Positions 1-3,299 of a stretch of DNA of 5,615 bases are shown in pieces. Made by a program: the position numbers and the translations under genes. The stretch is from assembly GCA_028713935.1 (NCBI GenBank), contig JAQTNI010000026.1:1-5615 (forward strand), in the 5' to 3' direction. The stretch is from Candidatus Iainarchaeum sp. (GTDB lineage Archaea > Iainarchaeota > Iainarchaeia > Iainarchaeales > GCA-2688035). Position 1 is the first letter of the stretch. Every line of letters starts with the position of its first letter. The notes beneath the pieces are model-generated. The model was not told where the DNA came from. It worked only from the letters and a program-made list of their open reading frames with translations, and ran no database searches.

Positions 1-1185
1 GGCTCTTTTAATGAAATGGTTTTAGAGTTGATGGGCAAAAAACCACAGCTCATGGAAGTTTTGAACAAATTCAAGCAGGCGGCTTTGCCTTCGGACTGGA
101 TTCCCTGGAAGCCTGTTTGCCAGAACTGCGGCAATCTGCAGACAACAAAAACAATTGGCTTTGACGGGAAAAGCGTTGAGTATGTCTGCGAGGATTACAA
201 GTTTGAAACCAAAACAGCAAAAGGCTGCGGTTTTCATGGTTTTTCGGATTTGAAAAAAGCCAATGGAAAAATGCCTTGGAAATCCGAATGGGCAATGCAA
301 TGGAAGTTTTGGAATGTTTGTTCGGAAGGCGCTGGAAAAGAATATGAAAGCAGGAATTCAGCTTTTTGGATTAATGCGGAAATCTGTGAAAATCTTTTGG
401 GTTTTCCAATGCCGGAGCCGATTTTTTATGAGCATCTGATAGTTAATGGAGTGAAAATGAGCGCTTCCCTTGGGAATGTTGTTTATCCCAGTGACTGGCT
501 TAAGGTTTCAAGGCCGGAAGTGCTTCGCCTGCTTTACCTTAAAAAATTGATGAAAACAAGGAGTTTTTCCTGGAATGAAATTCCAAACCTTGAGCTTGAA
601 CTTGACAGGCTGGCTGAAAATGCAAAAGCCAATAAAGGCGATGAAAAAGAATTGATGCAGAACAAGAGTCTGCTGCATTTTGTTGAAATGCCAAAGCGAC
701 AGCTTGCTGATTCCGCGATTGATTTTTCAACTGCAATAATGCTTGCCCAGTTATTTTCAAGCAACGAGGATGCTTTTTCAAAGCTAGGGGAAATGGGTTT
801 TTCAGCTGGAGCACAAAAAAAAGTAAGGGAATTTGTTTTTGAACGGCTTGACCTTGCAAGGGAATTTTCCCGCATTTATCTTCCTGCCGAACAAAAAATC
901 AGGCTTGTTGATTTGCAGGAAGTTGATTCAAAAAAAATCGATTCAAAAGCAAAATCTTTGTTTCCCTCTTTGGCTGCAAAAATTGAATCCGCAAAAAATG
1001 CAGAGGATGCACAGACAATTATTTATGAAGAGGCCAAATCAAACGGCCTTGAGCCGGCAAAATTATTCAATGCGGTTTATCTCGCATTGCTGAACAGGGA
1101 CAGGGGGCCAAAGGCGGGGTCGCTTGTTTTTGCTTTTGGAAAGGAAAAGGTCTGTGAAAGGCTGAAACAAATCGCATCTTTATAA
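1..1185 (+). CDS. lysK: Class I (archaeal-type) lysyl-tRNA synthetase, C-terminal ~394 codons; 5' end lies outside the window
   Basis: The reading frame is open from nt 1 (GSFNE precedes the Met at 16 in the ORF track), so the gene is truncated by the window edge. A KMSKS-type loop, V-KMSAS-LGN, lies at 454-468. The flanking pattern is typical of class I LysRS: MPWKSEWAMQWKFW...GAGKEY...PEPIFYEHLIVNG. A Cys cluster (CQNCG...C...C) sits in the insertion. The C-terminal tail LFNAVYLALLNRDRGPKAGSLVFAFGKEKVCERL matches the usual class I LysRS C-terminus. Stop is TAA at 1183-1185. The family call comes from remembered motifs, not a search. Confidence 0.85.
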   Translation, partial: GSFNEMVLELMGKKPQLMEVLNKFKQAALPSDWIPWKPVCQNCGNLQTTKTIGFDGKSVEYVCEDYKFETKTAKGCGFHGFSDLKKANGKMPWKSEWAMQWKFWNVCSEGAGKEYESRNSAFWINAEICENLLGFPMPEPIFYEHLIVNGVKMSASLGNVVYPSDWLKVSRPEVLRLLYLKKLMKTRSFSWNEIPNLELELDRLAENAKANKGDEKELMQNKSLLHFVEMPKRQLADSAIDFSTAIMLAQLFSSNEDAFSKLGEMGFSAGAQKKVREFVFERLDLAREFSRIYLPAEQKIRLVDLQEVDSKKIDSKAKSLFPSLAAKIESAKNAEDAQTIIYEEAKSNGLEPAKLFNAVYLALLNRDRGPKAGSLVFAFGKEKVCERLKQIASL

Positions 1186-1215
1186 TTCTTGATTAGTGGA
1201 AATTCACTTCCGAAA

Positions 1216-1226
1216 TTATTTTTATT
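1216..1226 (+). promoter_or_regulatory. Candidate TATA-like box for the LAGLIDADG gene, implying a leaderless mRNA
   Basis: The tract TTATTTTTATT is centred about 25 nt upstream of ATG 1247. No Shine-Dalgarno-like purine run precedes the ATG. The whole spacer is AT-rich, so specificity is low. Confidence 0.2.
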
Positions 1227-1246
1227 CCCCAAATTAATTTTTAAAT

Positions 1247-1987
1247 ATGGTGCTACTTGTAGATTTTGAAAAATTGTCTTTGTTGTATCCCCCAAATTAT
1301 AACTTAAATCAGGATACGCGTGTTGCAAAGTGGCTTCCTTTGTATTCCTCTCCAGAACTTGCCGCGTTGGTTGCTGATTTGATGGGGGATGGGCATTTGC
1401 AAGGCCCGCCAAAATGGAGATTTGATTTTTGTTCGAAGAATGTGTCTGAGTTAAAAAGATTTGAGAATGTTTTATGGGGTTTGTTCAGGGTTAAAGGAAA
1501 AATAAGGGACTGCACTACAAATAAATATACCACCAAAAATTATGGTGTAACCTGCAAACCGCTCTCAAGAGTTTTATTTTTAGCTGGAATTCCGCATGGC
1601 AATAAGGTTACAAAAGATTATTCCATTCCAAAGTGGATTTTGGATGACAAAGATTGCTTTGCAGCATTCACCAGAAGGTATTTTGATTGTGAAGGCTTTG
1701 TTGACCTGGGCAAAAAAGAGCTTGAAATTTCAATATCCAAATCAGTCGAGCTTAACAAAAGCGCTATCGCCTTTCTTGATTCGATAAGTTTTGGGTTAGA
1801 TAAATTTTATGACATTAAAACAATGAAACCTTTTTTTGCGTCGCTGAAAATAAAGCGTAAGTGCGGATGCGTTGTTCAAGCGGCAAGGTTGAAGATATCC
1901 CGAAAGCAAAATTTGACTTTATTTTACAAAAATATCGGTTTTGATTCAAAGAAAAAAATGGAAAAGTTAAAGTTAGCCATATCTTAA
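1247..1987 (+). CDS. Free-standing double-motif LAGLIDADG homing endonuclease-like protein (246 aa)
   Basis: There are two LAGLIDADG motifs about 100 aa apart, the spacing of monomeric two-domain enzymes. Motif 1 is LAALVADLMGDGHL (nt 1358-1399). Motif 2 is FTRRYFDCEGFV (nt 1667-1702). The metal-binding acidic residue is kept in both (D of GDG, E of CEG). Other typical elements are IPKWILDDKD just before motif 2 and a C-terminal NIGFDSKKKMEKL. The gene sits in an intergenic position, not inside an intron or intein. Stop is TAA at 1985-1987. Confidence 0.8.
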   Translation: MVLLVDFEKLSLLYPPNYNLNQDTRVAKWLPLYSSPELAALVADLMGDGHLQGPPKWRFDFCSKNVSELKRFENVLWGLFRVKGKIRDCTTNKYTTKNYGVTCKPLSRVLFLAGIPHGNKVTKDYSIPKWILDDKDCFAAFTRRYFDCEGFVDLGKKELEISISKSVELNKSAIAFLDSISFGLDKFYDIKTMKPFFASLKIKRKCGCVVQAARLKISRKQNLTLFYKNIGFDSKKKMEKLKLAIS

Positions 1988-1991
1988 TAAA
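1984..1991 (+). promoter_or_regulatory. Candidate TATA-like box for the tRNA-Phe precursor
   Basis: TTAATAAA overlaps the stop codon of the LAGLIDADG gene. A start about 25 nt downstream (~2013-2016) would include the leader nucleotides 2022-2032 that the BHB helices need. A second AT box, AAATTTAT (2004-2011), would start the transcript near G2033 and lose those helices, so I favour it less. Co-transcription with the upstream ORF is also possible. Confidence 0.2.
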
Positions 1992-2032
1992 CCTTCTTTG
2001 AGCAAATTTATTGGGCTGAAACTGAGCTCAAC

Positions 2033-2138
2033 GGGGACTTATTGTGTGTCTACACCAATAGGCCGTTACTGTAGCTCAGCCTGGTAGAGCAATCGGCTGA
2101 AGACCGGTGTGTCGCGGGTTCAAATCCCGCCAGCCCCA
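2033..2138 (+). tRNA. tRNA-Phe (anticodon GAA) with a non-canonical 32-nt intron between positions 4 and 5
   Basis: The spliced sequence is GGGG|CTG-TA-GCTC-AGCCTGGTA-GAGC-A-ATCGG-CTGAAGA-CCGGT-GTGTC-GCGGG-TTCAAAT-CCCGC-CAGCCCC-A, and it folds into a full cloverleaf. The acceptor stem has 7/7 Watson-Crick pairs (2033-2036 plus 2069-2071 with 2131-2137). The D stem is GCTC/GAGC. The anticodon stem is ATCGG/CCGGT with one T-G pair. The anticodon GAA lies at 2099-2101 with T33 and G37. The variable loop is 5 nt, the T arm has the archaeal-type loop TTCAAAT, and the discriminator is A2138. CCA is not encoded. Without splicing, the contiguous 5' strand GTTACTG (2065-2071) pairs at only 4 of 7 positions. 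Confidence 0.85.
2037..2068 (+). other. BHB-type (splicing-endonuclease) tRNA intron in the acceptor stem, position 4/5
   Basis: The motif is a strict hBHBh' arrangement.
- Central 4-bp helix: ACGG (2031-2034) pairs with CCGT (2063-2066).
- Two 3-nt bulges: GGA (2035-2037) and TAC (2067-2069).
- Intron hairpin h': CTTATTG(T)GTG (2038-2048) pairs with CACCAATAGG (2053-2062) around loop TCTA.
- Outer helix: leader CTGAGCTCA (2022-2030) pairs with TG(T)AGCTCAG (2070-2079), with one bulged T.

Cutting after the second nucleotide of each bulge (2036|2037 and 2068|2069) gives exactly the GGGG-CTG junction needed for a perfect acceptor stem. Confidence 0.75.
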
Positions 2139-2141
2139 CAA

Positions 2142-2165
2142 CTTTTTCTTCTTAAAGAAGAAAAG
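2142..2165 (+). terminator. Oligo-T tract plus hairpin immediately 3' of the tRNA
   Basis: TTTTT (2143-2147) begins 5 nt after the discriminator base. CTTTTTCTTC (2142-2151) pairs with GAAGAAAAG (2157-2165) in a 9-bp stem with one bulged T and loop TTAAA. Archaeal termination typically uses oligo-T runs. Confidence 0.45.
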
Positions 2166-2168
2166 CAT

Positions 2169-2194
2169 TCACATTAAAAATTTTAAGAATGTGA
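2169..2194. repeat. 7-bp inverted repeat, TCACATT-N12-AATGTGA, over the cupin promoter / ribosome-binding region
   Basis: TCACATT (2169-2175) and AATGTGA (2188-2194) are exact reverse complements. They flank the AT-rich spacer AAAAATTTTAAG, which is TATA-like. The right arm overlaps an SD-like GTGAT 3 nt before ATG 2199. This could be an operator, or simply a second hairpin after the tRNA. Confidence 0.3.
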
Positions 2195-2198
2195 TTAA

Positions 2199-2551
2199 AT
2201 GCACGAAATAAAGCTTTCAAAGTTAAACTGGGAAGATGCTTCTCATGGTTATTTTCGAAAAAAAGTCATGGAAGTTAATAATGCTTCGAACAAGGTTTGC
2301 AAGGTGCAGTTTGTGAAAATTCCCCCTAACCAAATTATAAAACCTCATGCGCATAAAGGTCAGACAGAGTCAGAATATGTTCTTGCAGGGTCTGGCATTA
2401 TAAAATCTGGAAAACAAGTTTTGCGCTTGCGCCCTGGCTTATTTTTATTGTTGGGCCCGGAGAATTTCATGAGGTAAAAGCAGGTAGCAAGGGCTTGTTA
2501 TTGTTTGTTACAAAAGCAAATTACAGCGAAGACACAGAGTGGATTGAATAA
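2199..2551 (+). pseudogene. Cupin-fold protein (cupin_2-like, ~117 aa if repaired) interrupted by a 1-nt frameshift near 2453-2460
   Basis: The ORF at 2199-2477 carries cupin motif 1, PHAHKGQTESEYVLAGSG (HxH-x4-E-x6-G). It then ends abnormally as ...RPGLFLLLGPENFMR*. In the -1 frame from 2459, the sequence reads GEFHEVKAGSKGLLLFVTKANYSEDTEWIE* with its stop at 2549-2551. That supplies the missing cupin motif 2 (P-G-x-x-H) and the final beta strands. The switch lies in the run TTGGGCCCGGAG. One extra base there would give ...LLLGPGEFHEV.... The sequence alone cannot separate a true pseudogene from a homopolymer sequencing or assembly error. Confidence 0.7.
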
Positions 2552-2566
2552 AAAAATTGATTTTTT

Positions 2567-3205
2567 ATGGCGGAAGAAAATGTTAAAATCGGGATTTGCA
2601 TTCCTTTGTATACCCAGGTGCCAAGCGTTTTTTTTATTCATTTTGTTTCTTTTTTCTTTGAAACCGCAAAAAAATTCCAGGTTGAAATTTTTCAGGTTGA
2701 TTCCACTGTTGTTGATGTGGCGAGAAATGTGCTTGTGGAAAATTTTTTGAAAAGCGATTGCACTCATATGCTTTTTCTGGATTCAGACATGGTGATGCCT
2801 CCTGATATTGTTGAAAGGCTTTTAAGCCATAACAAGGAAGTTGTTTCCGGCCTGTATTTTTTGAGAAAAATGCTTTTTCCGTGTTTCAGGCTTTTAAAGG
2901 ACGGGAAATACCAGAGCACTTATGATTTTCCAAAAAATTCCCTTGTAAAGGCGGATGCCTGCGGCCTTGGCTGCATTTTGATAAAACGCGTTGTCCTGGA
3001 AAAAATTGACGCGCAAAACAAGGGCAAACCGTTGTTTTTCACAAGGTATGAGCAAAATTCAAGGACAGCTGTTTTTGGGGAAGACACTGTTTTTTGCGAG
3101 CTTATTAAAAAAGCCGGTTTTGAAATTTTTATTGACACCGGCGTTGTTTTGGGGCATTATGGCGGAATTATTCCCGATTCCGCTTTCAGGGGCTATATCT
3201 ATTGA
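2567..3205 (+). CDS. Small GT-A fold glycosyltransferase (family 2-like), 212 aa
   Basis: The N-terminus KIGICIPLY is a typical first beta strand of the Rossmann-like GT-A fold. The DxD motif LFLDSDM has DSD at 2780-2788. The downstream motif is GEDTVFC, with GED at 3077-3085. No transmembrane segment is obvious. Stop is TGA at 3203-3205. Confidence 0.8.
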   Translation: MAEENVKIGICIPLYTQVPSVFFIHFVSFFFETAKKFQVEIFQVDSTVVDVARNVLVENFLKSDCTHMLFLDSDMVMPPDIVERLLSHNKEVVSGLYFLRKMLFPCFRLLKDGKYQSTYDFPKNSLVKADACGLGCILIKRVVLEKIDAQNKGKPLFFTRYEQNSRTAVFGEDTVFCELIKKAGFEIFIDTGVVLGHYGGIIPDSAFRGYIY

Positions 3206-3225
3206 TGCACTTGAAATTGCTGGCT

Positions 3226-3268
3226 CCCAAACATTGTGACTTTGGGTTTTAAATTCTTTTTCTTTTTT
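3226..3268 (+). terminator. Hairpin followed by T-runs downstream of the glycosyltransferase gene
   Basis: CCCAAA (3226-3231) pairs with TTTGGG (3241-3246) around a 9-nt loop. This is followed by TTTT (3247-3250) and CTTTTTCTTTTTT (3256-3268). The stem is short, and the region overlaps the candidate promoter of the next gene. Confidence 0.3.
3247..3254 (+). promoter_or_regulatory. Candidate TATA box for the surface-protein gene
   Basis: TTTTAAAT resembles the archaeal TATA consensus. A transcription start about 25 nt downstream (~3275-3278) would lie after TTG 3270. It would leave a short 5' UTR carrying the SD-like GGGTG (3290-3294), 5 nt before GTG 3300. Confidence 0.3.
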
Positions 3269-3299
3269 ATTGATATACATTCCTTGTCCGGGTGTTTGT

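Noticed and set aside
915-955. A short direct repeat, GATTCAAAA...GATTCAAAA (DSKKIDSKAK), near the lysK 3' region
   Set aside because: It is a trivial low-complexity duplication in a Lys-rich linker with no array structure. It is neither a CRISPR nor a functional repeat.
22-1093. Track ORFs inside or antisense to lysK (22-300 -, 71-295 -, 534-875 -, 539-859 -, 833-1093 +)
   Set aside because: They lie entirely within a well-supported synthetase frame. Their translations are low-complexity (Ser/Leu/Phe/Lys-rich) with no recognisable motifs. They are shadow ORFs.
1196-1226. A hairpin GGAA-ATTCAC-TTCC followed by a T-rich run, as a lysK terminator
   Set aside because: The stem is only 4 bp, which is indistinguishable from chance in this AT-rich spacer. 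The T-run is also my TATA candidate for the next gene.
1077-1536. Minus-strand ORFs 1077-1412 and 1309-1536 spanning the lysK end and the LAGLIDADG gene start
   Set aside because: They overlap two motif-supported plus-strand genes and cross an AT-rich intergenic spacer. They have no motifs.
1186-2032. The LAGLIDADG ORF as part of a large intron, an intein, or a bounded mobile element with terminal repeats
   Set aside because: I could find no exon halves, no BHB pairing partners and no direct or inverted terminal repeats flanking 1186-2032. The ORF has its own start codon and is not fused in frame to a host protein.
2012-2071. An alternative split model with exon 1 = TGGGCTG (2012-2018) and a 53-nt intron at position 7/8
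   Set aside because: It would need a T1-C72 mismatch. The sequences flanking the putative cut sites (GGGC versus TTAC) cannot form the 4-bp central helix of a BHB.
2065-2138. A contiguous, intron-less tRNA model using GTTACTG as the 5' acceptor strand
   Set aside because: Only 4 of 7 acceptor pairs form with CAGCCCC (three T/A-C mismatches). The spliced model gives 7 of 7 pairs and is supported by an exact BHB motif.
2445-2480. Programmed -1 ribosomal frameshifting in the cupin gene
   Set aside because: There is no X-XXY-YYZ slippery heptamer in the zero frame at TTG-GGC-CCG-GAG, and no obvious downstream stem or pseudoknot. A mutation or a homopolymer sequencing error is the simpler explanation.
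2498-2767. ORFs 2498-2767 (-) and 2505-2750 (+) between the cupin and glycosyltransferase genes
   Set aside because: They overlap the frameshifted cupin 3' part and the glycosyltransferase N-terminus. Their translations are Phe/Lys/Leu-rich, as expected from out-of-frame AT-rich DNA.
3270-3299. TTG 3270 as the start of the surface-protein gene (longest ORF)
   Set aside because: It is not excluded but is less likely. It lies upstream of the transcription start predicted from the TATA-like box, has no SD-like element, and adds a non-signal-like MIYIPCPGVC extension.
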